From: a candidate division FCPU426 bacterium
Lineage (GTDB): Bacteria > Oederibacteriota > Muellerivitia > Muellerivitales > Muellerivitaceae
Assembly (NCBI GenBank): GCA_963847625.1
Contig: CAWKAR010000045.1
Coordinates: 96,001-160,000, forward strand
Reading direction: 5' to 3'
DNA length: 64,000 bases
Shown: positions 1 through 10,041 of the stretch, piece by piece
How the letters are laid out: every line of letters begins with the position of its first letter
How positions within the stretch are numbered: the first letter of the stretch is position 1
The notes under the pieces: model-generated
Databases searched by the model: none
Seen by the model: only the letters and a program-made list of their open reading frames with translations
Told to the model about the DNA's origin: nothing
Made by a program: the position numbers and the translations under genes

Positions 1-173
1 GCGCAACCCGTGAGATCCTCCTGCGTATCCGCAAGCAATTGGGATCGGTGGCACCCGCAATCGCAACCGGAGGTTACTGCCACTGGTTCAAAGGAACCAA
101 TGTATTCCACCATATCGAGCCTGACTTAACTTTGATAGGACTTGCCATGATCTGGAATAAAAAATATGGATAA
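1..173 (+). CDS. coaX: Type III pantothenate kinase, C-terminal fragment (5' end outside window)
   Basis: Frame from position 3 reads ATREILLRIRKQLGSVAPAIATGGYCHWF...HIEPDLTLIGLAMIWNKKYG*, stop TAA at 171-173. IATGG and PDLTLxGL are CoaX C-terminal motifs. Not in the ORF track. Confidence 0.85.
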   Translation, partial: ATREILLRIRKQLGSVAPAIATGGYCHWFKGTNVFHHIEPDLTLIGLAMIWNKKYG

Positions 174-346
174 TCAAAACTTTTTTCCGGGTTCACGAGG
201 TAACCGCATTATAGCCCTGGGGTTGCGACTCGAAAACATTGTGGTTCGAGAACTTATTCTTGTGAGTTCTCGGGTCCGCCCTTTTATCTGTCACGGGCTA
301 ACTCGGGGTCAGAGCTTGAAGATGAACCTTCATTCGGGCGTGATGC

Positions 347-2707
347 GTGCCTAGTATCGAGGAAATCGCGGCGGAAGAAGAAATCCGATACCGGGAGATT
401 TCCCGGGAGAGGAGACGCAGGCTTTTAATCTTTTTTGGTATAGTTTTTTCTGCATTGGGATGGTTTTATTTTGCAAAAGGCTGGATGGGCAAGGGCGGTT
501 TACTCATCCTGCTTTCCCTTGCTTTTTTACTGTCCGCGTTAGAGTTTAAAAAGTATTTTCAAAAATTTTCCCCTTATTTTTTATTATTCAGCCTGCCGGT
601 CGCGTTGTTATTGTTCATACTCTACGGCACTACCCACATTTCTTCTTTCTATTGGGGGAAAGATCCTTCTTTTTGGCTTTCAGTCCATGCGGGTGCTGTG
701 GGGGAACCATTCTGGTCACCCCTGCCCACTCTTTTGGGACAAGCCGCTTGCTACTTATTTCCAACCCGGCAGTTCACACTTCTTCCATTACTTTCGGGCC
801 TGGTTCTTTCCACGGTTTCAGTATTTGTCCTTATAAGTTATTTTCTGCAATTGAAAACACGCAACAGCATAAACATGGCGTTAGCAAGCATTATTTGCTT
901 AACCATGGGATTCAGCCACCCCTGGTGGGATTCCGGCACCATAGGATCCGGATTGATCGCATCCCTGGGCCTATTTCTTTTCCTCATCCAACGAGAACTT
1001 CTTCGATGCGAGGAAAAGCCCTGGAAATGCCTCTGCCTGGTCCTCGGGTTGTTATTTAGCGTCCACCCTTTTTGGGGAATATTAGGATTTGTGAACCATT
1101 TTGCCCATATGGATTACCTGGGAAGGGACTTGAAAGCTGGGTTGAGCCCCTTTCTTCTGGGACTCACTCCTTACCTTTGGTTATATTTCCGCGCCGGGTG
1201 TTTTTTCCCCTCTTGGGGCGGGACCCATCCATTTTTTATTTTCCTGAAAGAATGGCGGGGTCTTTGGGAATGGCATCTGTCCGCGGATTGGGATCCGAAG
1301 AGGGCCTTGGAAGCTTTCGGTATTCCGTTGGGCATCATGTGTTTAATGCTGCTCTTTTTGGCAGGGTTTAATCTTTTCTACTGGAAAACTGGTAATCCCA
1401 GAATGATCCGCATTCCAGATGTATGGGTTTGTATTTTAGCCGCATTATTCGGCTGGGCATCCTATTCTTCCTCTTCTGGACAATTAGGGCCCACTGCCCT
1501 CTGGGTGCCTGCGGGTTTGGGCAGCCTTCTTCTTTCTTTCATCGAGAAAGGCATGGACCGGAAACTATCCGGTTATTTTTCGGGCCTTCCTTTGGCTCTG
1601 GGTGTGGCGGTTATTCTCTTACTAACCATAGGTCTTGCTTTTCTTCCGGGACAAGACTGTTTGCGAAACCTTTTAAATTTTCCAGAGCAGCATGCCCTAA
1701 ACTTGTTGCGGGTCTTAAATGGAAAATCCCTGTTAATTTTCGATGATCCCTTCGAAGCCGCGGCCTGCCGGGAAATACGCCTAATCGAACCTTTTCAACC
1801 CAAGGCTGTTTTTTTAGAGGAACGTTACTTGAACCGCCGTTGGTACATGGCCCAATGCATCGATCGCGAGCCGGATTTGGTTTTCAGTTCCATTCAAGGC
1901 TCCCCTGAGGGAGCCCTGAATGACCTGGTTGTGAATAACTATCCGGATTGGGAGATCCATTGGGCCTGTTCCCGAATGCCCAGCGATTGGAAAGGACTGA
2001 AAACTTTTCCGACTGTTTTGACCCAGGAATTCACCGGACCGGATTTATCCTCGCATCCGCCCGAGAATGTGCAATTCCGTTACGATTTAACCTCGCTACC
2101 TGAGCCGGATAATCGCGAGTGGGATCCTTCCACCCGCTATATCTTGCGTTATTCACAAGGATTTGATGAATTGGGCATGGCTTTGATGGGGTTGGGACAA
2201 TATTCTGCCGCCATCCGGTCCTTTGAAAGGGCTGCTCACCTGGATCCCATGGATGAGGAGCCCCGGAAAGCACTCTCGCAAATATTCACCCAGCAAAATC
2301 TTCTGGAAGCGGCGCGCCTGGACTTCGAAAAAACCATTAAACAACACCCTGCCCGAATCGAAGATTTGATGCATCAAATAGAACAGGTCAAGAAGAATCA
2401 GGATGAAGTCCGGACTGTCTTGTTGCTGGATGAAATGATTAGATTGAATCAGGAGCTGTCAGACGCACAGTATCATTTGGCGATGATTTATGAAAAACAA
2501 GGCAATCTTACGGAATCAAAAGCCCTACTCGAATCGTCGGTAAAATTAAACCCCCAAAGGTTGGAGGCGCAACTGACCCTCGGCCACTTGATGGCGAAAT
2601 TGGGCAATCGCATTCGGGCGGAGGAGGCCTTTCGATCGGTTCTTGGCATTGACCCACAGAACAAGGACGCCCAAAAGGAACTTTGGAGACTTTTAAACCA
2701 ACCTTAA
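347..2707 (+). CDS. Multi-pass membrane protein, divergent DUF2723/TMEM260-like GT-C fold, with C-terminal TPRs
   Basis: Many hydrophobic segments. FLLGLTPYLWLYFRA...PSWG parallels LIGISPYLYLPFRA...PCWG in the next gene. C-terminal TPRs (AIRSFERAAHLDP, ESSVKLNP, VLGIDP). Confidence 0.65.
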   Translation: MPSIEEIAAEEEIRYREISRERRRRLLIFFGIVFSALGWFYFAKGWMGKGGLLILLSLAFLLSALEFKKYFQKFSPYFLLFSLPVALLLFILYGTTHISSFYWGKDPSFWLSVHAGAVGEPFWSPLPTLLGQAACYLFPTRQFTLLPLLSGLVLSTVSVFVLISYFLQLKTRNSINMALASIICLTMGFSHPWWDSGTIGSGLIASLGLFLFLIQRELLRCEEKPWKCLCLVLGLLFSVHPFWGILGFVNHFAHMDYLGRDLKAGLSPFLLGLTPYLWLYFRAGCFFPSWGGTHPFFIFLKEWRGLWEWHLSADWDPKRALEAFGIPLGIMCLMLLFLAGFNLFYWKTGNPRMIRIPDVWVCILAALFGWASYSSSSGQLGPTALWVPAGLGSLLLSFIEKGMDRKLSGYFSGLPLALGVAVILLLTIGLAFLPGQDCLRNLLNFPEQHALNLLRVLNGKSLLIFDDPFEAAACREIRLIEPFQPKAVFLEERYLNRRWYMAQCIDREPDLVFSSIQGSPEGALNDLVVNNYPDWEIHWACSRMPSDWKGLKTFPTVLTQEFTGPDLSSHPPENVQFRYDLTSLPEPDNREWDPSTRYILRYSQGFDELGMALMGLGQYSAAIRSFERAAHLDPMDEEPRKALSQIFTQQNLLEAARLDFEKTIKQHPARIEDLMHQIEQVKKNQDEVRTVLLLDEMIRLNQELSDAQYHLAMIYEKQGNLTESKALLESSVKLNPQRLEAQLTLGHLMAKLGNRIRAEEAFRSVLGIDPQNKDAQKELWRLLNQP

Positions 2708-2745
2708 GGGATGATGGGCTATGACACGAATCACGGAGTGATGGC

Positions 2746-4923
2746 TTGAGAACAAGCAAAAACACAGGGGCAATCGGAATCAATATTTTGTTTTTCCTGT
2801 CATTGTGGTGTGTCCTATTAAGGGCACAGAACCCGGGTATTATGTCCGATGATAGCGGGGAGATGGCCGCATCCGCTTGGAACCTGGGATTGCCCCATCC
2901 GCCGGGCTATCCTTTGTTCAACCTTCTAGGATACTTTTTTATCTGGTTTCCTGTTGGATCTCCGGCTTTCAGGCTGAATCTTTTTTCACAATTGCTGGTT
3001 CTGGTCTCCCTCTGGTTCACCCTGGATTCAAGCCGACGGCTCGGATCAAGCGATAAATGGTTTAATTCACCATCGCGGCAGAAGATCTATCAAGTGCTCC
3101 TGGCCTGCATGGGGTTCCTTTTTGTTTCATGCCGCAGTATTTTCGCTCAAAGCCTCACGGCCAAAGGCTGCATTTACAACCTGTCACTTTGCCTGTCCGC
3201 TTTCCTAGTTTGGCTTTTCATCCGACGGCCCAAAAGCCGGGGCGGCTTTTTCGCGCTAGCTAGTTTCCTTTGGGGACTGGGGCTTGCCCATCACTGGCAA
3301 ACCTTTATTTTATTCATTCCTTTCCTTTTGGTTTGGGCCGAGTTTTCCCCAACAAAGCTTAGTGCCAAAGCTGTTCTTCATTCTTTTTCTTTCGCCTTGA
3401 TTGGGATTTCGCCGTATCTCTACCTTCCTTTCCGGGCCGCCTTGTGCGCTCAACCATGCTGGGGCAACCCGGTAAACTTGAAGGAATTCCTTTGGGTGAT
3501 TTCCCGGCGGTTGGTCTCAGGACTCGAGCCCTGGGTCCAGCCGCCCGTTTTTTATCTAGAAACCCTAAGGGAATTTTTCATGACCGCCTTTTGGTACTGG
3601 ATGCCGGGCTTTGCCATCCTGGCCGTGATAGGCTCCATTTACCTTTGGGGAAGGGACAAGCAGTTTTTTTTCGCTCTTTTCTCGTTTATTGTGCCGGTGT
3701 CAGCGGCGGTATTTTTTATCCACGAACTTAAAAACCTGTATCTTCTCCACCTTTACCTTATCCCGCTTGCTGGTGCTTGGGTGGTACTTGGTTTTTTAGG
3801 CGTCCTGTGGTTATTGACCAGCTTTTTCAAAAAAGAAAAAACGGCTTGGACTTTATCGATTTGCCTGGCTTTGCTTTCTTGCGGGTGGCTCGTTCATGTA
3901 TTTCACCTCGAGGACAAAAGCCGCTATACCCTGGCGGAGGATTTCGGTTTGAACGCCTTGAAGGATATTCCCAAAGGCGCGGTATTCTTAGGGGATGGCG
4001 ACCATTATGTGATGCCCATCTGGTATGTGAAATACGTCCGAGGATTCAGGCCAGATGTCTCATTCATTCCCTCTGTTTTTCTACTTCACAGTTGGGGATG
4101 GAAACAGCTATTGCCGGAACGCGATGGGCTATCCTGTACTCCGGTCGATGATGCCCAGGTGGGGGAATGTCTCGGGAAACTCACGGGCGGCGGTCTGAAC
4201 CGGCCCTTGTTTCATTCCCTGGGTTGGGAATTCCTGCCAATCCTGGAACATCCAAAGAATGGGGTTTGGTCACCTTACGGACTGGCTTACGAATGGGCGG
4301 CCCAGCTTCCCTCAATCGACATGATTTCCGATTCCACCAGGGTGCTTTCAAGCCAGGGAAGATACCGGGGGCTCGAGGAATATTGGAGGAGCCCGGGTAG
4401 GGACTTTTCAAGCACTGAAATGTACCGCTATTACTCCAACCAGCATTTTGAAATTGCCCATCTACTTTATCTGGGCTCAAAAGATCTTCCGGCGTTGAGA
4501 CAATTTGAAAAAGGGTTGGATTTTTATCCAAAGGCGGCCTTTGCTTACGCCGACCTGGCGGTCATTCTGGGAAAGTGGGGATACCTGGAGATGTCGAAAG
4601 GTTTGTGCGAAATAGGTTTCCAATGCGATCCGAACTATTTGCCTTGTTACTTGAATTACGCGAACGCCTGTTGGTTGGCCGGGGACAAGGACTCCGCCAT
4701 CGGCTGCTGCCAAAAAGCTCTGCTTTTTTACCCCCAATCCCGGGAAATTCTGTCAAAAATCGGTGAAATCAAGGCGTGGCCTTCCGGAAATGTCCCGGCG
4801 AAATATAAAAAAACACCAGGGGATTACGGGAAGTTGGCACAATATTTCCAAGACCAAGGCTTGAACCGGCTTTCGGCATTGGCCTCCACATGTATCAGCG
4901 TGGTTGAAAGGGGAAACAAATAG
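2746..4923 (+). CDS. DUF2723/TMEM260-like membrane glycosyltransferase (putative protein O-glycosyltransferase) with C-terminal TPRs
   Basis: N-terminal DSGEM...GLPHPPGYPLF signature, GLGLAHH, PYLYLPFRA, GDGD...PIWY, followed by TPRs. Confidence 0.8.
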   Translation: MRTSKNTGAIGINILFFLSLWCVLLRAQNPGIMSDDSGEMAASAWNLGLPHPPGYPLFNLLGYFFIWFPVGSPAFRLNLFSQLLVLVSLWFTLDSSRRLGSSDKWFNSPSRQKIYQVLLACMGFLFVSCRSIFAQSLTAKGCIYNLSLCLSAFLVWLFIRRPKSRGGFFALASFLWGLGLAHHWQTFILFIPFLLVWAEFSPTKLSAKAVLHSFSFALIGISPYLYLPFRAALCAQPCWGNPVNLKEFLWVISRRLVSGLEPWVQPPVFYLETLREFFMTAFWYWMPGFAILAVIGSIYLWGRDKQFFFALFSFIVPVSAAVFFIHELKNLYLLHLYLIPLAGAWVVLGFLGVLWLLTSFFKKEKTAWTLSICLALLSCGWLVHVFHLEDKSRYTLAEDFGLNALKDIPKGAVFLGDGDHYVMPIWYVKYVRGFRPDVSFIPSVFLLHSWGWKQLLPERDGLSCTPVDDAQVGECLGKLTGGGLNRPLFHSLGWEFLPILEHPKNGVWSPYGLAYEWAAQLPSIDMISDSTRVLSSQGRYRGLEEYWRSPGRDFSSTEMYRYYSNQHFEIAHLLYLGSKDLPALRQFEKGLDFYPKAAFAYADLAVILGKWGYLEMSKGLCEIGFQCDPNYLPCYLNYANACWLAGDKDSAIGCCQKALLFYPQSREILSKIGEIKAWPSGNVPAKYKKTPGDYGKLAQYFQDQGLNRLSALASTCISVVERGNK

Positions 4924-4942
4924 GCCTGGCCTTTAGGGATGG

Positions 4943-7216
4943 CTACCGGGGACGGGAACGGCGCAGGGATTCGGCCGGAATAACTTGGAATTTACCGTCG
5001 CCCTTCTTCTTCCACAACAGGGTGAAAGACGTGTCAACACCGGAAGTTTTCCTCAAAGCGGCCTGTAACCGGTGGAACCCTTTGTGAAGGTAAACCTTCT
5101 CGGAAATCTTATTTTCCTCCTGAAGAATCCACTTCCCATCGATTAAAAGTTCGGATGGGTCGTTGCCTAGTTCAAGGAAAAGATAAGGGCCTTCCTGGGG
5201 GCATAGGAGCCACCCATCCCACCGGGCCAGAAGCGGCGGAAAGTGCGTTATGGAAAAATCATTGCGGAAGGTGAAATTCAACAATGGATCCAGGTGACTG
5301 AAAGTGACGGTCCGTCCCTTGCCGTCCAGAACCTGGTAACGTCCCTCCAGACCGAAATTCCGCGGCAGGATTTTTTCCACTGGGAAAGCTTTTTCTAACA
5401 CCAAACGGCTGAGTCGGTAAAGATAGGCGACACTGGCTCCGCTGGGGGTTTTGAGTGTTTGAACATCCCCACCCGGGTAAAGTTCCTGGAACAATCCCAA
5501 AATCCCCGTTTGTCCCTCCTCGAAAACCAGGCATATGCATTTTTCCTTCGGAAGAAAATTGAGGTCCAACGACTCGGGCAAGCGCAAGGGATACATGGCA
5601 TCCCTGTGGTCGAAACCCAGGAACTGCACGGTATATTGGCCGTAAAAATGTGAACAGATGAGGTAGGAACATGTGTCGCCGTCCCGGGCAATGGCCTTTC
5701 CGATCCAGGACGCCTCTGCCCCGTTTCCAACCCGCCAACAGTCCTCTTGGACCGCTTGCTCATGGAAGTAATCCCGGAAGTTCTGGCCGGCGCAAAAAAT
5801 GAGAAATACTACCAGGAGAAAAACGCTTCCCTTGCGCCCGGACTTCGAGGCTCCCAGTGTGGTGATGAGGCGGGAAAGGAAACTACCGCATAAGAGAACA
5901 ATGAATGGGATGGTTCCAAAAAGCCGGCTGGCATGATTGGGATTCACCGAGAGAAAGGCGGGAAGGCACATGACGGCCAGGCCCGTCACTGCATAAAAAG
6001 ACGCCCGCTCCCTGATCCGGAATAGGGCGTGAAAAAATCCGAGAACCAAAAGAATTCCCATTCCATCATCCAAAAGACGGTGTCCCGGGATATTGTGGTA
6101 ATACCAGACGTCCCCCCATCGATTAAAAGAGAAAACCGTTCCGAGAAAATGTTCCCAGATTCCCCTGAGGCCTCCATGGACGTAAACTCCAGGAAAAGCC
6201 ATCAACTCCTTTTCGCGCCAACCCAGGGACTGTTGGGACGTCATTTCCCGCAAGAGGGGAAAACAAAGGGTCCCGCAAATCGAAAAAAGCAGGGCCAGTT
6301 GGCCCAAAAAACGGTTCCGGAATTTTGAGTTCCTCAGCCATTCATAGGCCGCATAAACCGCCATGAGGACCACGAATGCCTTGCTTACCTGGTAGGAATA
6401 AAGCGACGCGGCCAAAAAAACACCGGTCAAGGCGAAAGCCCAGGTTTTCCTGTGTTTGACAGAGTAAAGCCAAAAGGCCAAGGATAGGGCCATGTAAAAA
6501 GGGATCTCAATGGCGGGATGCCCGTCCCGGCTGTAGGTGATATGCCAGCGCATGACGGCCAGGAAAAAAACAGCGAAGAGGGCCGTCGTCGAACCGGATA
6601 AATGGCGGAAAATCCGGTACAGGAAAGGAAACGCCGCCAGGGACATCACCACCGAAGCGAGGAAAAATGAAACTTGGGTTGCCGGAAAGAATTTGAACCA
6701 AAAGAGAAGGTAACCGTAAACACTGGGTACGCAGACCGGCTGCTGGAATAAATCGGAGAAAGAAGGACGCCAGCCTTCCCGCAATATGCGCAGGACATTC
6801 AGGCATTCGGAACTCTGGTCGGTGAACATACCCGCAGGAAATTCCCCGATTCGGTAAATCCGGAGGAAGAACGCGAGAAACAGAATGAGGAAGAAGAAAA
6901 GCCTTTCCCGAGCACCTTCCAAGATAAAGCCCCCGGCCGGGGCCGAAGGGCCGTTTTTATGGAATAACCGTTCGAAGAGAAAAACAGCCGCGGAGAAAAA
7001 AAGAAAGCCGGTCAAGACCGTCAGTGGCTTTTCACGTTGGATCCATTGGGTTTGACCGAGAACCGCAAGCGCCAAAGCACTTAGGCCCAGCGGGAAAAGA
7101 TTTAAGGATCGGATCGTTTTTGATTTCAGGGAGTGCCCGTCCAGGGAGCGTGGGATTTTAGTCCGGATGCCATTATATACAAATTCAGAAACATGGAAGG
7201 AATTGCCCCTTTTCAA
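4943..7216 (-). CDS. GT-C (PMT_2/ArnT-like) membrane glycosyltransferase with C-terminal PA14 domain; start uncertain
   Basis: LRIYRIGEFPAGMFTDQ loop, WHITYSR, many TM segments. PA14-like tail (DPLLNFTF...ARWDGWL...GPYLF...SELLIDG...VYLHKGFHRL...LLWKK). Confidence 0.75.
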   Translation of the reverse strand: MKRGNSFHVSEFVYNGIRTKIPRSLDGHSLKSKTIRSLNLFPLGLSALALAVLGQTQWIQREKPLTVLTGFLFFSAAVFLFERLFHKNGPSAPAGGFILEGARERLFFFLILFLAFFLRIYRIGEFPAGMFTDQSSECLNVLRILREGWRPSFSDLFQQPVCVPSVYGYLLFWFKFFPATQVSFFLASVVMSLAAFPFLYRIFRHLSGSTTALFAVFFLAVMRWHITYSRDGHPAIEIPFYMALSLAFWLYSVKHRKTWAFALTGVFLAASLYSYQVSKAFVVLMAVYAAYEWLRNSKFRNRFLGQLALLFSICGTLCFPLLREMTSQQSLGWREKELMAFPGVYVHGGLRGIWEHFLGTVFSFNRWGDVWYYHNIPGHRLLDDGMGILLVLGFFHALFRIRERASFYAVTGLAVMCLPAFLSVNPNHASRLFGTIPFIVLLCGSFLSRLITTLGASKSGRKGSVFLLVVFLIFCAGQNFRDYFHEQAVQEDCWRVGNGAEASWIGKAIARDGDTCSYLICSHFYGQYTVQFLGFDHRDAMYPLRLPESLDLNFLPKEKCICLVFEEGQTGILGLFQELYPGGDVQTLKTPSGASVAYLYRLSRLVLEKAFPVEKILPRNFGLEGRYQVLDGKGRTVTFSHLDPLLNFTFRNDFSITHFPPLLARWDGWLLCPQEGPYLFLELGNDPSELLIDGKWILQEENKISEKVYLHKGFHRLQAALRKTSGVDTSFTLLWKKKGDGKFQVIPAESLRRSRPR

Positions 7217-7257
7217 AAAATATCCTCAATCAACCCACAGACCATTAAAATAGCGCA

Positions 7258-9705
7258 ATGGCTTCCTCCTGGCGCACTCAATCTCTTTTAACCTCGCTCC
7301 TGCTGGCTGTTGTTGCGCAGTTTTTGATGGCAAACAATAGGGAAGCTTGGACCCTGCTCCCCGGAATCATGCTTTACGCTTTCGCGATTTTTATTTTTGT
7401 TTACTCAAGTTCAGGGCATAAAAAGACCTATTTCCCAACCGGAAGCCTCTCTTTAACGGCCGAAATATTTCTCGCCTCGGGAATTGGTTTGGTGGCGTTG
7501 TTTTTCCGTCTCTACAAAATCCCGGATATACCCCAGGGCATGACCATTGAGGAGACTTGCGGGCCTTGGCTGGGTTTTTCATCACCGCCTTCTCAATGGG
7601 TCATGTTCGACCCGAACCACATTGCCATGGCCTACCTGGACATAGATTTTCTTTCCTACCTCTGGTTCCACATTTTCGCTCCGAGCCGATTGACCTACAG
7701 TTTTTTCTTTGTTTTTTTCTCTTTGATATCCTTTCCACTGGCTTACTGGTTTTTCCGGGACTTGGCCGGGCCCAAGACCGCACTTTTAACCCTTTTCCTT
7801 TGGTCGGTGATGCAATGGCATGTCACTTTGAGCCGCAACGGGCACCCCATCGTCACAACTGTTTTTTACGTCGTGGCCATGCTGACCTTTTGCCGAATGG
7901 GCTGGCGGAAAGGACAGATTATTTATTGGGTGCTGTCTGGTTTTTTCGCTGGCGTGGGTTTTTACGCGCATCCATCCTTCCGGGCCTGTTTCTTGCTTCT
8001 CGTCGTGCTTCTTGTTTTTGAATATCGTTTCGACAAGGGAAAAACGCGGTCCCATCTAAAAGGGATCGGGATTTTCGTGCTGGTTTGCCTGGCGGTTTCC
8101 TGGCCATGTTGGAAATCCATGTTACATAACCATTGGCTGATCGGCGCCACCTACGATGATCACCTTTTTGTGGGTCAAAAAATGCTCGAAGAAAAAAGCC
8201 TGGAACCTTTTTGGAAAAACCTATATCGGGCACCGTTGGTTTTAATCCGAATAGGTTCCCCTTATACGCAAGACAGCTTGCCCGGCCACCCCCTCTTGGA
8301 CCACGTTACCGCGGTATTTTTTGTTCTTGGTTTTTTTGCCGGGATCAGGCGTTGGAAAGAAAGGAAATATTTCTACGGGCTCGCCGGTTTGACTGTGCTC
8401 TGCCTGCCAGGCCTGCTTTCGATTGATCCGACACATGCCAGCCGTGTATTGTGCATCTCCCCTTTCGTTGCCTATTTGGCGGCAAACGCAGTTTTTGAAT
8501 TTTGGGAAAGACTTTCCTTTTCGGCGGGAGGCCGCAAGTTTTTCATGGTTTTGGGCGTTTGCCTCGCGTTGTTCATCGTCTCCGAGAACTTCATGGTTTA
8601 TTTCATCGACCGTCCCCGGGATATGGCGGTCTGGCTGGAAGCCGACGCAGCGCCGATGAAAATAGGGCAAGCGATCGCCCGGGAGGGGGACGCTTATGAC
8701 TACTACCTTTCTCCAGCTTTTTTCGGGCGGTTCGTCGTGCTTTTCCTGGGCCATTCACAACAAAGCCACATGCACTCCCTTGATTTGCCCGGCTCCTTCC
8801 GGTTTCTTTCACCCTCCTCGGGCCGGGGGCTTTTTTTCATTCTCCAGGAGGGTCGTACTGGTGTTTTAAAGGTTCTTCAGGAACTTTATCCGGAAGGCGT
8901 CACTGAAAAGTTATTGGATCCTTGGGACCAGCCCTATTTATATTTTTTCCATGTGCCGCCCAGGGCTTGCGGCTTAAACCGGGGATTGCGCGGTGTTCCT
9001 TACGGTTCTTATGTCGATTTCCCGCGAAATCTGCCGAAGAAACCCTTTAAGATTCATTTGACCGGAAGTTACTGGGTGGAACAACAGGGAACATACCGCT
9101 ATCGAATAAAGGATCCTGCCAAAGTGGGCCCATTGGATGAGTGCCCCTGGAGTTCAACCCGGCTCCAGTATTTGGCCCGGGGTTTTCATCCCTTGGATTT
9201 CACCCTGAGTTCCCAGTCCGGGGAGAGTGTCTTGATTGAGGAATCTTTTGAAGAACAATCTTATCACCCCCTGGATTCCAGCCGTTTTATACCCCATCGC
9301 TTTTCGCACGGCTGGATGGGAACTTACCGACTTTCCAGCGCCCCGGATTCCACTCCATTGCTGGTGGAATCCGAACCGATCTTAAATTTCTCCCATCGAG
9401 ATGATTTTCCCCTGAAAAACACCGTAAATCTGCTGGCGGAGTGGCGGGGGATCCTTCATCCCGGCAAGGCTGGCTTTTACCATTTCCTGATGCTCAACAC
9501 CGATCACATTAACGCCGAAATGGATATCAACGGGAAAAAGACCGCGGTATCCAACCAGGAAGCCGGGCTTTTATTTGGGAAAAAAGATTATTCGGTGATC
9601 ATTCGACTTCAGCAGGAGGGCGGATTTGAAAACGCATTCCACCTGCTTTGGAAACAGCCAGGTCAAAGTAATTACGAAGTCCTACCCCCATCGGTTTTGA
9701 AATAA
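7258..9705 (+). CDS. GT-C (PMT_2/ArnT-like) membrane glycosyltransferase with PA14-like domain(s); paralog of the divergent gene
   Basis: FRLYKIPDIPQGMTIEE, WHVTLSRNGHP. Shares blocks with 4943..7216 (PGHxLLD, HASR, IGxAIARxG, EGxTGxLxxxQELYP). PA14-like C-terminus. Confidence 0.75.
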   Translation: MASSWRTQSLLTSLLLAVVAQFLMANNREAWTLLPGIMLYAFAIFIFVYSSSGHKKTYFPTGSLSLTAEIFLASGIGLVALFFRLYKIPDIPQGMTIEETCGPWLGFSSPPSQWVMFDPNHIAMAYLDIDFLSYLWFHIFAPSRLTYSFFFVFFSLISFPLAYWFFRDLAGPKTALLTLFLWSVMQWHVTLSRNGHPIVTTVFYVVAMLTFCRMGWRKGQIIYWVLSGFFAGVGFYAHPSFRACFLLLVVLLVFEYRFDKGKTRSHLKGIGIFVLVCLAVSWPCWKSMLHNHWLIGATYDDHLFVGQKMLEEKSLEPFWKNLYRAPLVLIRIGSPYTQDSLPGHPLLDHVTAVFFVLGFFAGIRRWKERKYFYGLAGLTVLCLPGLLSIDPTHASRVLCISPFVAYLAANAVFEFWERLSFSAGGRKFFMVLGVCLALFIVSENFMVYFIDRPRDMAVWLEADAAPMKIGQAIAREGDAYDYYLSPAFFGRFVVLFLGHSQQSHMHSLDLPGSFRFLSPSSGRGLFFILQEGRTGVLKVLQELYPEGVTEKLLDPWDQPYLYFFHVPPRACGLNRGLRGVPYGSYVDFPRNLPKKPFKIHLTGSYWVEQQGTYRYRIKDPAKVGPLDECPWSSTRLQYLARGFHPLDFTLSSQSGESVLIEESFEEQSYHPLDSSRFIPHRFSHGWMGTYRLSSAPDSTPLLVESEPILNFSHRDDFPLKNTVNLLAEWRGILHPGKAGFYHFLMLNTDHINAEMDINGKKTAVSNQEAGLLFGKKDYSVIIRLQQEGGFENAFHLLWKQPGQSNYEVLPPSVLK

Positions 9706-9988
9706 CGGATGGTCCCGAGACCATATTTAAAATCAATACTAATGTTCGGCCTTTAATAGAAATTGTTTTACCTGTTGTTATCCCAAATAGTGAGCCGGTT
9801 AAAACCAACGCAAAAAATTAGGTCAAGAATTCCCGTCTCATTCGCTTAAAACCGTCAAGGATTACCTGAAGTTGTAGGATTTCTTCCAAAGGGGAAGAGT
9901 TGATCTTTCTCACCGGAATAGCTTTTCAAATTCCACGAGATTTTCTCAGGCGGGTAAAAACGTTAAAATATTGGGTTTTTCCAATGGG

Positions 9989-10005
9989 ACTATTGATATA
10001 ATAGT
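9989..10005 (+). promoter_or_regulatory. Extended -10 promoter element (TGATATAAT, 9994-10002) inside a palindrome ACTATT-GATAT-AATAGT
   Basis: Perfect TGnTATAAT about 40 bp upstream of the ATG at 10042. RBS AGGAG at 10032-10036. Confidence 0.55.
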
Positions 10006-10041
10006 TTGTTAAATGGTTATACGGCGTTCATAGGAGATGGA

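Noticed and set aside
166..354. 62-aa ORF between coaX and the first GT-C gene
   Set aside because: It overlaps both neighbours by a few bases but has no RBS or recognisable features; cannot be supported.
9790..9870. c-di-GMP-I riboswitch upstream of pilT (contains ACGCAAA)
   Set aside because: The GNRA-capped P2 stem and P1 pairing could not be built; only a short chance match.
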